Both the position numbers and the translations under genes were made by a program. The notes under the pieces are model-generated. The model searched no databases, had not been told where the DNA came from, and saw only the letters and a program-made list of their open reading frames with translations. From assembly GCA_043826355.1 (NCBI GenBank), contig JBDRQI010000005.1, positions 48,678 to 112,677 of the forward strand: a stretch of DNA of 64,000 nt. Reading direction: 5' to 3'. The stretch is from Candidatus Omnitrophota bacterium (GTDB lineage Bacteria > Ratteibacteria > UBA8468 > MWAK01). Position 1 is the stretch's first letter. Each line of letters opens with the position of its first letter. Below are positions 20,562 through 29,770 of the stretch, piece after piece.

Positions 20562-20942
20562 TTAATCGGAATGGTCGCACACCGTTTTGTCCAAACCATA
20601 TCCCTTACCGGAACCGGGTTTGCAAAAACTTTCGCCGCCGCCTAAAGTTCCTTTCACAAGTTTCTCAATTACTTCCGTTAATGTTCCGCTTACTCCCACA
20701 ATGGTTTTTATCCCGAACTCTTCAAATAGACCCTGGGCCCTTGCACCCATTCCGCCGGCAACGATACAACCTACTCCTCGCTGATGCAAAAACTGCGGAA
20801 TGAATCCCGGTTCATGTCCGGGATTACCAACCGATTCTTTTTTGGTAACTTTTCCTTTTTCGATATCTACTATCGTGAAGGTCGGGCAACGTCCAAAGTG
20901 ACCGGATACAAAATCACCATCCGTGGATATTGCTATACGCAT
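20562..20942 (-). CDS. NifX/NifB-like (dinitrogenase iron-molybdenum cofactor biosynthesis) domain protein
   Basis: SGHFGRCPTFTIVD motif; about 125 aa. Confidence 0.75.
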   Translation of the reverse strand: MRIAISTDGDFVSGHFGRCPTFTIVDIEKGKVTKKESVGNPGHEPGFIPQFLHQRGVGCIVAGGMGARAQGLFEEFGIKTIVGVSGTLTEVIEKLVKGTLGGGESFCKPGSGKGYGLDKTVCDHSD

Positions 20943-20952
20943 AATCCTCCTT

Positions 20953-21504
20953 TCATAAAATCAACACCGCGGCTGCAAAGACGGTCGTCCACCGTCCGTC
21001 CTTGTCTCCGATAGCCGACTGGGTAACGTTGGTTGTCTTGACTATCTGGTCGCTCAGCCGCCAGACCTGTTTCTTTTCGTCGTAACTGCTGTCCGGGTCA
21101 AACTTCACGCCCAGGGTGGTGGCCAGCATCTGGGCAGCCAGGTCTTCGGCGTAATCGCCCGCCTTTTCATCGGTCAGGCCGAAGCCGGAAAATTCGGAGA
21201 GGTAGCCGTGGCTGTGCGGGTTTTTGGGAAGGGCGACCCCGATGGAAGAGGTGATGAGCCGGTGCGGTTCGTTGGTGGAGTTCTTGCTCATCACGCAGAA
21301 GAGAATCTGGCCCGGGTCCAGCAGTTTCTGGCCGGATTCCCGGCTGATTAGTTTGGCTCCCGGCGGGAAGATGCTGGTGATGGGCACCAGGTTGAAAGGC
21401 GCAATGCCGGCATCCCGCAGTGCCCGTTCCAGGCTGGTCAGTTTCTCCCGGTCCCGGCCAACTCCCTTGGTCAAAAATATCTTCTTTGCAGTCAAGTTAA
21501 CCAT
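20953..21504 (-). CDS. pdaD: pyruvoyl-dependent arginine decarboxylase
   Basis: KIFLTKGVG...LERALRDAGIAPFNLV...S; about 180 aa PdaD family. Confidence 0.7.
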   Translation of the reverse strand: MVNLTAKKIFLTKGVGRDREKLTSLERALRDAGIAPFNLVPITSIFPPGAKLISRESGQKLLDPGQILFCVMSKNSTNEPHRLITSSIGVALPKNPHSHGYLSEFSGFGLTDEKAGDYAEDLAAQMLATTLGVKFDPDSSYDEKKQVWRLSDQIVKTTNVTQSAIGDKDGRWTTVFAAAVLIL

Positions 21505-21517
21505 CCCTTTTACCCTC

Positions 21518-22234
21518 TCATTTTTTCAAAATTGTTGTCAACACCTTTTCCTTGCTGATTTTTTTAGTGCAGAAGAACCAGTCGTAACATTTTATACCTT
21601 CTTTTGACTCCATCCGTTCCTTGGCTACTCCGCAGGAACCTGCCGTGGGCACGATGACATCGTCACCGGGCTGCCAATCGGCCGGAGTTGCAACCGAAAA
21701 CTCATCGGCTGTCTGGAGAGCCAACAGGATGCGGTACAATTCAGCAAAGTTTCTCCCCATGCTTAAAGGATAGTACAGGATGGTCCGGATAATCCCCTTG
21801 GGGTCTATAACGAAGACGGCCCGGACCGCCTTGGTGGAACTTTCCCCGGGCTGAATCATCCCGTATTTCTTGGCAACTTCCATCGTAATGTCTTCAATCA
21901 GGGGAAACTTGACTTCCACGTCCTTCATGCCGCGGTACTCAATCTTTTCCTTGATGGTGCGTAACCAGGCAATGTGGCTGTAAAGACCGTCCACCGACAG
22001 GCCGACCAATTTGCAGTTTGCCTTTAAAAACTGCTCCTCCATTGAAGCGAACGTCATGAACTCAGAAGTGCAGACGGGCGTAAAATCGGCGGGGTGGCTG
22101 AAAAGGATAACCCAGCTTCCCGCATATTGTTTCGGAAAATCTATTTCGCCCTGCGTTGTAACCGCCTTAAAAGCAGGGGCTTTTTCGCCGATGCGGGGCA
22201 TTGCAACAAATCCAACCGTATTTTGATTGTCCAT
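21518..22234 (-). CDS. peroxiredoxin (Prx6-like, AhpC/TSA family)
   Basis: FTPVCTSEF peroxidatic cysteine motif. Confidence 0.85.
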   Translation of the reverse strand: MDNQNTVGFVAMPRIGEKAPAFKAVTTQGEIDFPKQYAGSWVILFSHPADFTPVCTSEFMTFASMEEQFLKANCKLVGLSVDGLYSHIAWLRTIKEKIEYRGMKDVEVKFPLIEDITMEVAKKYGMIQPGESSTKAVRAVFVIDPKGIIRTILYYPLSMGRNFAELYRILLALQTADEFSVATPADWQPGDDVIVPTAGSCGVAKERMESKEGIKCYDWFFCTKKISKEKVLTTILKK

Positions 22235-22263
22235 CGTTATTCTCCTCCGCTATTCCCTTGATA

Positions 22264-22295
22264 AACAGGGGGCAGCCAAAAGACTGCCCCCTGTT
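22264..22295. terminator. perfect stem-loop (12-bp stem) between the DUF5320-fur unit and the peroxiredoxin gene
   Basis: aacagggggcag-ccaaaaga-ctgccccctgtt. Confidence 0.5.
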
Positions 22296-22303
22296 CCCGG
22301 TAC

Positions 22304-22708
22304 TCACTTCTTTTCCGCTCCCGCCTTTTCCTCGGCGGCAAGCTTCTCCAGTTCCGCAATGTACCGGTGTATCTCCTTTATCTCCTTTTCCATCGCGGAA
22401 ACCTGCTCTTTAAGCAATACCGCTTCATTCTGCGGGCTTAATTCCGGACCCGCCGGAGGCACCGGATAACCTCCCCAGGCCGGAAGACCCATGCCTGCCC
22501 GATACCAACCGGGAAGACCGGTTGCGTAGTAACGGTTGCGCCGTCCTCTGCCTCCGCCGCGGCCAAAAAATCCTCTGCCCCCGCCAAAATAACCCCGGCC
22601 GGGGATTGGATTCGCATAGCCGGGCATTCCGTAGCCGGCGCAGTATCCGGCGCCTCTTCCGGTCATCGGCCCCAGACCATTCGGCCCTGTTCCATCTCCA
22701 AACGGCAT
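22304..22708 (-). CDS. DUF5320 domain protein
   Basis: MPFGDGTGPNGLGPMTGRGAGYCAG...; C-terminal coiled coil. Confidence 0.7.
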   Translation of the reverse strand: MPFGDGTGPNGLGPMTGRGAGYCAGYGMPGYANPIPGRGYFGGGRGFFGRGGGRGRRNRYYATGLPGWYRAGMGLPAWGGYPVPPAGPELSPQNEAVLLKEQVSAMEKEIKEIHRYIAELEKLAAEEKAGAEKK

Positions 22709-22709
22709 C

Positions 22710-23201
22710 TTATCTCACCCCCTTTCCGCGGCAATCGTGACATAAACCCAGAAATTGAATCTGGTGTTCGTTAATCTGAAAATTATGCTTTCGGCTCAAG
22801 GCTTCTTCAATATTCTTAATCACCTTCTTCTCTTCCTCTAAAAATTCCTGATAATCAATAATCCGGCCGCAATTGGTGCAACAAAGATGGTGGTGGTGAT
22901 TGCCCCCGGAACCAAAAGAGAGTTCGTAACGACTCTTTCCGTCCCCAAAATCGAGTCGGGAAACCAGGCCCATCTCAACCAGGACTTCCAGGGTCCGGTA
23001 AACGGTGGTCAGGCCGATTGAAGGAAAAGTTTTATGAATATTACGGTAAATCTCTTCAACGGGAAGATGGCCGCCGGTTCGCTGTAAAAACTCCATAATC
23101 GCCTGCCTGGGAAAGGTCAGCCGGTACCCGCAGTTTCGCAACCGGCCATGCCACCAGCCGGGATGGTTCATCCTGCCCGTGAAACCGGCTTTCCGTCCCA
23201 T
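22710..23201 (-). CDS. fur: Fur family transcriptional regulator
   Basis: wHTH N-terminal domain, HHHH.C..C and C..C metal sites. True start probably at the internal Met. Confidence 0.85.
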   Translation of the reverse strand: MGRKAGFTGRMNHPGWWHGRLRNCGYRLTFPRQAIMEFLQRTGGHLPVEEIYRNIHKTFPSIGLTTVYRTLEVLVEMGLVSRLDFGDGKSRYELSFGSGGNHHHHLCCTNCGRIIDYQEFLEEEKKVIKNIEEALSRKHNFQINEHQIQFLGLCHDCRGKGVR

Positions 23202-23247
23202 TTTAAACAGACCCTCCCGGATTTGATCAAATTATGACAACAATTAA

Positions 23248-23270
23248 CTATTGACAATTATTTTCAATAG
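23248..23270. promoter_or_regulatory. candidate Fur-type operator palindrome upstream of fur
   Basis: CTATTGA-N9(AT-rich)-TCAATAG, located 47 nt upstream of the fur ORF. Confidence 0.4.
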
Positions 23271-23394
23271 TATTGTACCCTGAAAATTTCGGGTTGTCAA
23301 GCAAACGCCGCTTGCGGCTGCAGCTTTTGCTTTTCTCGAAAGGCGGGATAACGCTGCGGGCCAACCCCGGCCGAAATTGACCGCAGGAGCTAAA

Positions 23395-24180
23395 TCAACC
23401 GGTCAGCAAGGTTGCAAAAAAAGTGGCGCCGTCTTTTTCAATCATCTTTGGGGCGATGCCAAAGACCGTTTTCAGATTGTTTTCGGTCAAAACTTCGCGG
23501 CCGCCGGCGGCGTAAATACGCCCTTCGGAAAAGAGGAGTATTTTTTCGGCAAACTGGAAAGCCAGGTTAATATCGTGGCTGGCAAAAAGAATGGTTAAAT
23601 TACCCCGTTGCGAACTCTTCTTGAGCAAGCTCAAAATTTCCACCTGGCTCTTGAGGTCAAGGTGAAGGGTTGGTTCATCGCAAAGCAAAATTCCGGGATT
23701 TTGATATAGGGCTCGGGCAATGATGATCCGCTGTTTTTCTCCGCCGCTCAACCGGCAGAATGGCCGGTGCGCAAAATCGGTTGTGCCGGTTTCCCGCAAG
23801 ATATCACGGATCGCCCCGGGGTCGTGTTCGTTCGTCCGGGCGAATCCGCCGCCATGCGCATACCGCCCCATCAGGATTATTTCCAGGCCGGTAAAGGAAG
23901 AAGTTGTTTCGCTCTCCTGGGGAACAAAACCGATCTTCCGGGCAATCTCCCGCCGGGAAAAGGTTTCCAGGTTCCGGTCCTCAAGCATTATGCTGCCTTT
24001 TGGCTTTAACTTCCGGTTAAGGCACTTAAGAAAGGTTGTTTTGCCGGTTCCGTTGGGCCCTAAGATCGCGAACCGGTCGCCTTCTTCAATTATCAGGCTC
24101 ACGCCTTTAAGGACCGGGGCGCTCTGGTAAGAAAATTCCAATCCGGCTATCTTCAGGACACAGTTATGATTGCGATTCAT
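23395..24180 (-). CDS. iron-siderophore/cobalamin-type ABC transporter ATP-binding protein
   Basis: Walker A GPNGTGKTT, LSGGEKQR, Walker B LLCDEPT. Confidence 0.85.
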   Translation of the reverse strand: MNRNHNCVLKIAGLEFSYQSAPVLKGVSLIIEEGDRFAILGPNGTGKTTFLKCLNRKLKPKGSIMLEDRNLETFSRREIARKIGFVPQESETTSSFTGLEIILMGRYAHGGGFARTNEHDPGAIRDILRETGTTDFAHRPFCRLSGGEKQRIIIARALYQNPGILLCDEPTLHLDLKSQVEILSLLKKSSQRGNLTILFASHDINLAFQFAEKILLFSEGRIYAAGGREVLTENNLKTVFGIAPKMIEKDGATFFATLLTG

Positions 24181-25130
24181 CTTTTGAAGAGCAGATAGAG
24201 AAAAAAAGGCACGCCTAAAAGCGAGGTGAATATCCCCACCGGAATTTCTCCGGTGAATGATATGCAGCGGGAAAGATTATCGGCCCAGAGCAACAGGACG
24301 GCGCCGGCCAGCACCGAACCGGGCAGGAGGAATCGATGGTCGGAACCAAGCCAGATTCGGGCCAAGTGGGGAACCACCAGCCCGATAAAACCGATGGTGC
24401 CGCTCACCGAAACAGCGGCCGCGACAAGCAGTGAAGCCGAAACCAGAACTATCTTCTTCACCCGGGATACTTCCACACCCAGGTCCAGGGCGGTCTCTTC
24501 ACCGGTTGAAACAACATTCAAATCCACCGGGAAGAAAAAAATGGCAAAAAGGGCGGGAATTATCCAGGCGGATGCGTAGATTACTTTTCGCCATTCGGCC
24601 GTCCAGAATCCGCCCATGAGCCAGAAGACGATCTGATGCAGTTTTTCGCCTGAAATAAAGATGAGCAGGGAGACCAGCGCCGAAAAAAAAGCGCCGGCGG
24701 CGATGCCCAACAAAATCAATCCCTGTCCGGAGGCATGGCTGCTTTTTTCGGCAAAAAAATAGAGCAGGAAAGTGGTTGCCAAGCCGAAGGCAAACGCGCC
24801 GGGAATCACCGGTAGTCCAAACAACATGGCCAGGCAGGCGCCAAACGCCGAAGCAGATGAAATTCCCAGAATATAAGGACTGGCCAGCGGATTCCGGAAC
24901 AGGGCCTGCAGGCCCATGCCGGAAGCGGCCAGGGCCGAACCAACCAGAGATGCTAGAACCAGGCGCGGCAGTCTTATCAAAAATAAGATCTCCCGTTCCC
25001 CGGCGGCATCCCGCCAGCTGACCGGACCCAGAAAAAAAGACCCGGCCAGGGAAAGAAGAAGAAAAACACCCAAACCGGCAATCTTTAATCTCTTAACTTT
25101 TAAGTCCGCCTGATATCGTTTCAGGGCCAT
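24177..25130 (-). CDS. FecCD/BtuC family ABC transporter permease
   Basis: About 315 aa polytopic; FecCD-like. Confidence 0.8.
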   Translation of the reverse strand: MALKRYQADLKVKRLKIAGLGVFLLLSLAGSFFLGPVSWRDAAGEREILFLIRLPRLVLASLVGSALAASGMGLQALFRNPLASPYILGISSASAFGACLAMLFGLPVIPGAFAFGLATTFLLYFFAEKSSHASGQGLILLGIAAGAFFSALVSLLIFISGEKLHQIVFWLMGGFWTAEWRKVIYASAWIIPALFAIFFFPVDLNVVSTGEETALDLGVEVSRVKKIVLVSASLLVAAAVSVSGTIGFIGLVVPHLARIWLGSDHRFLLPGSVLAGAVLLLWADNLSRCISFTGEIPVGIFTSLLGVPFFLYLLFKR

Positions 25131-25840
25131 ACGATTTTGCTTTGAAAGCGATTATCGGATTTGGCAGGCGAAAAGAGCCTTTCCTTGTCAATAAAAGAAC
25201 AGGTTACCCGATTCAAATGATTGCGCGCCGCCGCCACGGCCTCTTCCAATTCCTCGCGGGCGGGCGCCCGCCAAGGCCTGCCCGGAACCGGGAAATATCC
25301 CTGAACGTGAAAAGGTATGTTCCGGTCAAGACCGGCCAAAAACTTCGCCGCCGATTCAATTTCGTCCAGGTCTACCAGACCCGGTATCAAAATCATGTTT
25401 GCCTTTATCCGGATGCCTTCTTGAAAAGCGCGGACCAGGTTATCGAAAACTCTTTTCCGGGAAACCCCGGTAACCCGCATGTGGGTCTCTTCTGAAAATG
25501 CCTTGAGCCCGATGTTGGCCGCATCCAGGTTATCAAGGGGCAAAAGAGAACCGTTGGTGTGCCCCAGCACGGTTTCAACCCCCAGGGTATCTTTGCAGAA
25601 AGAGAGCAGTTCGGGTAGTTCCCGATCAACGGTAGGTTCGCCGCCCAGAAAATGGACCCGGCTGGTTCTATCCCGGTATTCCAGGAGTATTTTTTGAACC
25701 TCTGCCCGTGATAAAAATTTCTCCGGAGCCGACGGCGTCTTCACCTGATAGACGCAGGTAAGGCAACGGAAATTACAACCCCGGTTATAAACGCAAATCC
25801 GGCGGAACTGTTCAGAATAAGTAATCTTATGGAATGGCAT
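25121..25840 (-). CDS. radical SAM protein (PflA/NrdG activase-like)
   Basis: CNFRCLTC is a Cx3Cx2C motif; about 240 aa. Confidence 0.65.
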   Translation of the reverse strand: MPFHKITYSEQFRRICVYNRGCNFRCLTCVYQVKTPSAPEKFLSRAEVQKILLEYRDRTSRVHFLGGEPTVDRELPELLSFCKDTLGVETVLGHTNGSLLPLDNLDAANIGLKAFSEETHMRVTGVSRKRVFDNLVRAFQEGIRIKANMILIPGLVDLDEIESAAKFLAGLDRNIPFHVQGYFPVPGRPWRAPAREELEEAVAAARNHLNRVTCSFIDKERLFSPAKSDNRFQSKIVWP

Positions 25841-26741
25841 CCTGACTCCAATCGGAAATTATCCGGCTGATTAATTCAACGCCTTCAACGGCTTTCGGCC
25901 CCGGGGTAATCAGTTCGTTGGGAATTCTGAATACCTTTCCGTTGCGCACGGCTTTAATGCCGGTCCAGCCGGGCCGGCCGATGATATCTTCCCTACTCCC
26001 GCTTACCCCGGTGAAAATAATAATGTCCGGGTCCGATTTAATAATCTGCTCCGCGGAAATCAGGGGGTAGTCCATTTTAAAAAGAGCGCCCAGATTGCGG
26101 CCTCCGGAAATTTTAATAATCTGATCCGTGAAAGTACCCGGGCCCGCCGTTTTGAACGGGGTGTTAAGTTCAAAATAGACCAGGGGCGTCTGTCCGGTCG
26201 AAGATACCCGTATCCCGTCCAACCGGTCCTTCAATTCTTCCACCAGCCGTCGAGCCCGGTATTCGCAACCCAGAAAACGGCCGAGCCGCTCCGCAAGCAA
26301 AAAAACATCCTCAATCTTTTGGGGATGGTAGGTCAGGTGATTTATGCCGAACCTTTGCAGACTTTCAATCAATTGTTCCTGATACCACCAGACAATCACC
26401 AGGTCCGGATCCAGATGAAGTATCTTTTCCAGTGAGAACACCGCGTTTTGGGAGATAACCTCTTTGTTGTGAAACTCCGGCGCGGTTTCCCGGCTGTACC
26501 GGTCAATCCCGACCACGGATTTTTCGGCACCGAGCAAATGCAGGATCTGGGAAGAAGGCAAAGTAAGACTGACTATCCACGCAGAACACGCTTCGGAAAA
26601 AATGGTTTTTCCCCCGGTCCGGCCGGATCGCGGAGTTTCGCTCCGGCGGTAATGCGCGACCAGCAAAAACGCGGTTAAGGCAATCGCCGCTCCAACCAGA
26701 AAAACGCTTTTTTTGATCAGTATTCGGGACATAGTTCCCAA
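25827..26741 (-). CDS. ABC transporter periplasmic substrate-binding protein (BtuF/FecB-like)
   Basis: Signal peptide plus class III PBP fold. Confidence 0.7.
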   Translation of the reverse strand: MGTMSRILIKKSVFLVGAAIALTAFLLVAHYRRSETPRSGRTGGKTIFSEACSAWIVSLTLPSSQILHLLGAEKSVVGIDRYSRETAPEFHNKEVISQNAVFSLEKILHLDPDLVIVWWYQEQLIESLQRFGINHLTYHPQKIEDVFLLAERLGRFLGCEYRARRLVEELKDRLDGIRVSSTGQTPLVYFELNTPFKTAGPGTFTDQIIKISGGRNLGALFKMDYPLISAEQIIKSDPDIIIFTGVSGSREDIIGRPGWTGIKAVRNGKVFRIPNELITPGPKAVEGVELISRIISDWSQDAIP

Positions 26742-27334
26742 TCAAGCCTTTCCGTTTTGGCAAACCAGCTTACGCCTCCGTCATAGCGCAGGCCGTTAAA
26801 GCCCCCGAGGTGCCGATAACCGACCCAGGGCACCGGTTCTGAAAATGTGGAACCACTTCCGACATAGTAGGGGGTTCCGGTGGTGTGAATACCGACATCG
26901 GCAACAACGATAACCTGGGAATTGCACACATTGGCGTCCGGCACCGAATACCAGAAACAGCGGGTGTTGTCTCCGGAAAAGTTGTAGGTATTCATTCCAT
27001 AGGAGAGCGTTATATCAGGATCGTGCTGGGAGAGGATGGGAGGTATCTGGGACGGGCAATGGTAGACCGCGTAAGTCTGGAGATAGGGTTTAATGTTGTG
27101 CATCCAATATATTCCGGAAGCGACGTAGATGCGCGTATTCCAGCCCTCATAATCCATCCGGTACATTGCCAGGGCAAGGCCTATCTGTTTCAGGTTGTTT
27201 ATGCACGAAACCTGCCTCGCCTTTTCCCTTGCCCGGCTGAGCGCCGGCAGGAGCAGTGAAGCCAGAATGGCGATAATCGCGATAACTACCAGCAGTTCAA
27301 TCAGGGTAAATCCGGTCTTCCTGCCTGCGCTCAA
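26717..27334 (-). CDS. prepilin-type N-terminal cleavage/methylation domain protein with DUF1559
   Basis: [18 protein letters not shown] prepilin signal; [17 protein letters not shown]1559 hallmark. Confidence 0.8.
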   Translation of the reverse strand: MSAGRKTGFTLIELLVVIAIIAILASLLLPALSRAREKARQVSCINNLKQIGLALAMYRMDYEGWNTRIYVASGIYWMHNIKPYLQTYAVYHCPSQIPPILSQHDPDITLSYGMNTYNFSGDNTRCFWYSVPDANVCNSQVIVVADVGIHTTGTPYYVGSGSTFSEPVPWVGYRHLGGFNGLRYDGGVSWFAKTERLDWELCPEY

Positions 27335-27505
27335 ACCTGTCTCCTTAAATTTTAAGCGTTTCCGGAATAAAAATTTTTGTATTACTATTATAAAATACGT
27401 GCTACGAATTTGTCAAAGCAGTCAGCGCTCCGCAAAAAACAGCTCTGTTGGCTGGCAGCGCGGGGAAATTTATTTTTGACAGAAACGAAAAAGGAATGTT
27501 AATAT

Positions 27506-27526
27506 AAATAGAAATGGTTTCTATTT
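27506..27526. promoter_or_regulatory. perfect 9-3-9 palindrome, candidate Zur/Fur-family operator upstream of zur-znuABC
   Basis: AAATAGAAA-TGG-TTTCTATTT, 16 nt upstream of the regulator start. Confidence 0.5.
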
Positions 27527-27541
27527 AAAAATGGGGGGACG

Positions 27542-27964
27542 GTGAAAGAATACCGGAAAAAATTGAAAAAGAACGGCTTTAAGATTACGCCCAAGAGAGA
27601 AGCGATTATCGCTTTCTTTTCCCGGAAAAACCGTTACGCCACTCCGGAAACGGTCTGGAAAGAAGTTAAGAAATCTCTGCCGCAACTGGGCCTGCCGACC
27701 GTGTACCGCAACTTGGAGCAGATGCGTAAAATCGGCATCCTGACACAGGTTGAAGGAACGGAAAACCGTTTCTATTTCGGACTCTGCCGAGCCGAAAACC
27801 CGGGCGAGCATCATCACCATATTAGTTGCCAAAAATGTCACCGGGTCAGCGAAGTGGAAAGTTGTTATTTGGAATCGTTAAGAAAGGAAATAAAGAAAAA
27901 AACCGGTTTTCTGATTACCAATCATAAACTTCAATTGACCGGCGTCTGCCGGAATTGCCAGTAA
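27542..27964 (+). CDS. zur: Fur family transcriptional regulator (probable Zur)
   Basis: Fur fold with HHHH.C..C and C..C. Heads a znuABC-like operon. Confidence 0.75.
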   Translation: MKEYRKKLKKNGFKITPKREAIIAFFSRKNRYATPETVWKEVKKSLPQLGLPTVYRNLEQMRKIGILTQVEGTENRFYFGLCRAENPGEHHHHISCQKCHRVSEVESCYLESLRKEIKKKTGFLITNHKLQLTGVCRNCQ

Positions 27965-27979
27965 AAAAAGGGGCTGCTG

Positions 27980-28906
27980 ATGAAAACAGGATGGCGGATA
28001 ATTTTTTTAGTGGTGCTGGTCATCGCCGGGGTCTGGTTGCTTATGACTTTCGTACCGAGAAAATCACAACCAGCCAAAACGGCGCCCGGCGGAGATAGAT
28101 TAAAAGTAATCGCGACCATCTTCCCGCTGGCCGACATCGCCAAACAGGTCGGCGGCGAAAGGGTAAACGTAATCACCATCCTGCCAATCGGAGCCAGTCC
28201 TCATACTTTCGAACCCGCCCCGCAACAAATGAAAGAATTGTCCGATTCCAAACTTTTTTTGAAAGTAGGCGCGGGGCTTGACTTCTGGGCTGACAATATT
28301 ATTAAATCGGCGAGTCAGCCGGATTTAAAAACCGTAGTCGCTTCCGAAGGCATTCATCTTATTGAGGGTGACGAGCACGGGCACGAACACGAAAACGGCA
28401 ATCCACATATCTGGCTTGACCCGGTTCTGGTAAAAAGAATTGTAGATAAAATTGAAAAATCCCTGGTAATTCTTGACCCGGAGGGGGCAATTTACTATCA
28501 AAAAATGGCAACGGATTATCTTCAGGAACTTGACCGGCTGGATGCAGAAATCAAAAAGAAGGTAGCCGGATTCAGGGTCAGGAAATATATTACTTTTCAC
28601 CCGGCCTGGGCCTACTTCGGATTGCGTTACGGGATTAAAGAAGCCGGCGTAATTGAAGAAACCCCTGGTCGGGAACCTACCCCAAGACAGGTTAAAGCAA
28701 TCATTGACAACATCAGGAAATCAGGCATAAAAGCGGTCTTCGCCGAACCTCAATTCTCTTCAAGAACCGCCGAAGCGATTGCCGAAAATACCGGAGCGAA
28801 AGTTCTCTTCCTGGACCCGATAGGCAACCCGGAAGTTCCGGACCGAAATACCTACCTGAACTTGATGCGGTATAATTTAAAAGTAATGAAAGAAGCGATG
28901 GAATGA
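27980..28906 (+). CDS. znuA: metal ABC transporter substrate-binding protein (ZnuA/TroA family)
   Basis: Cluster A-I SBP with a His-rich loop (GDEHGHEHENGNPH). Confidence 0.85.
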   Translation: MKTGWRIIFLVVLVIAGVWLLMTFVPRKSQPAKTAPGGDRLKVIATIFPLADIAKQVGGERVNVITILPIGASPHTFEPAPQQMKELSDSKLFLKVGAGLDFWADNIIKSASQPDLKTVVASEGIHLIEGDEHGHEHENGNPHIWLDPVLVKRIVDKIEKSLVILDPEGAIYYQKMATDYLQELDRLDAEIKKKVAGFRVRKYITFHPAWAYFGLRYGIKEAGVIEETPGREPTPRQVKAIIDNIRKSGIKAVFAEPQFSSRTAEAIAENTGAKVLFLDPIGNPEVPDRNTYLNLMRYNLKVMKEAME

Positions 28907-28987
28907 GAACGGACGAGATTGCCGCGCCCTGAATACAGACAGGCGGGACGCCTGTTCTACTGAAGGGCTCGCAATGACGGAGTAAAG

Positions 28988-29770
28988 ATGGAAAATATCC
29001 TGCAAATCAAGGACCTGCGGGTAGTTCTTAACGGTAATCTTGTTTTGGACGGAATCAGCCTTAAGATGGAAGAAGCCACTTTTCTGTCACTGATCGGTCC
29101 CAACGGCGGCGGTAAGACAACTCTCCTTAAAGCCATTTTAGGATTAGTCCAACCTCTTTCCGGCAAAATCAGGGTCTTCGGGTTAAAACCCTCCCAGGTT
29201 AATAAAAAGATGGCCGGGATAATCGGTTACGTTTCCCAGTCGCCTCTGTTTGACCCGGATTTTCCGGTATCCGCCTTTGACGTGGTTTTAATGGGTAACT
29301 ACCGGAAGATCGGCCTGGGTCACCGGGCAAATAAGACCGACCGAAAAAGAGCGTTGGAAAGTTTAGAACTGGTGGGAATGGAGTCGCTGGCCAACCGGCC
29401 CATCGGCCAGATGTCAGGCGGCCAGCAACAGCGCGTCTTTATCGCCCGCAGTCTTATCACCCGGCCCAAACTTCTGATTCTGGATGAGCCGACTACCGGA
29501 GTAGATGCCCTTTCCCAGGACCAGTTTTACCGACTGCTTAAGGAATTGCAAATAAAACTTTCCCTGTCCGTAATCCTGGTTTCTCACGATATCGGGCTGG
29601 TACCCAATTACTGCGACCAGGTTGCCTGTCTTAACCAACGCCTTTTTTTACACGGGAAACCGGCGGAAGTGCTTCACAGCGAGGCTTTACGCGAAGCTTA
29701 CGGCTGTGAGGTTGACTTCCTCTTTCACGGAAAGATGCCGCACCGGGTAGTTGACCAACACGATGAGTGA
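28988..29770 (+). CDS. znuC: metal ABC transporter ATP-binding protein
   Basis: [23 protein letters not shown]. Confidence 0.85.
   Translation: MENILQIKDLRVVLNGNLVLDGISLKMEEATFLSLIGPNGGGKTTLLKAILGLVQPLSGKIRVFGLKPSQVNKKMAGIIGYVSQSPLFDPDFPVSAFDVVLMGNYRKIGLGHRANKTDRKRALESLELVGMESLANRPIGQMSGGQQQRVFIARSLITRPKLLILDEPTTGVDALSQDQFYRLLKELQIKLSLSVILVSHDIGLVPNYCDQVACLNQRLFLHGKPAEVLHSEALREAYGCEVDFLFHGKMPHRVVDQHDE

Noticed and set aside
23271-23300. 'tattgtaccc' shared between the fur upstream region and repeat units R1/R2
   Set aside because: Only a 10-nt match; too short to distinguish from chance.
26742-27334. Cobalamin riboswitch upstream of the Btu/Fec-like importer
   Set aside because: The upstream space is occupied by the co-directional prepilin gene, and no B12-box-like sequence was seen.
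27521-27841. 106-aa minus-strand ORF
   Set aside because: Antisense to the Zur-like regulator gene.
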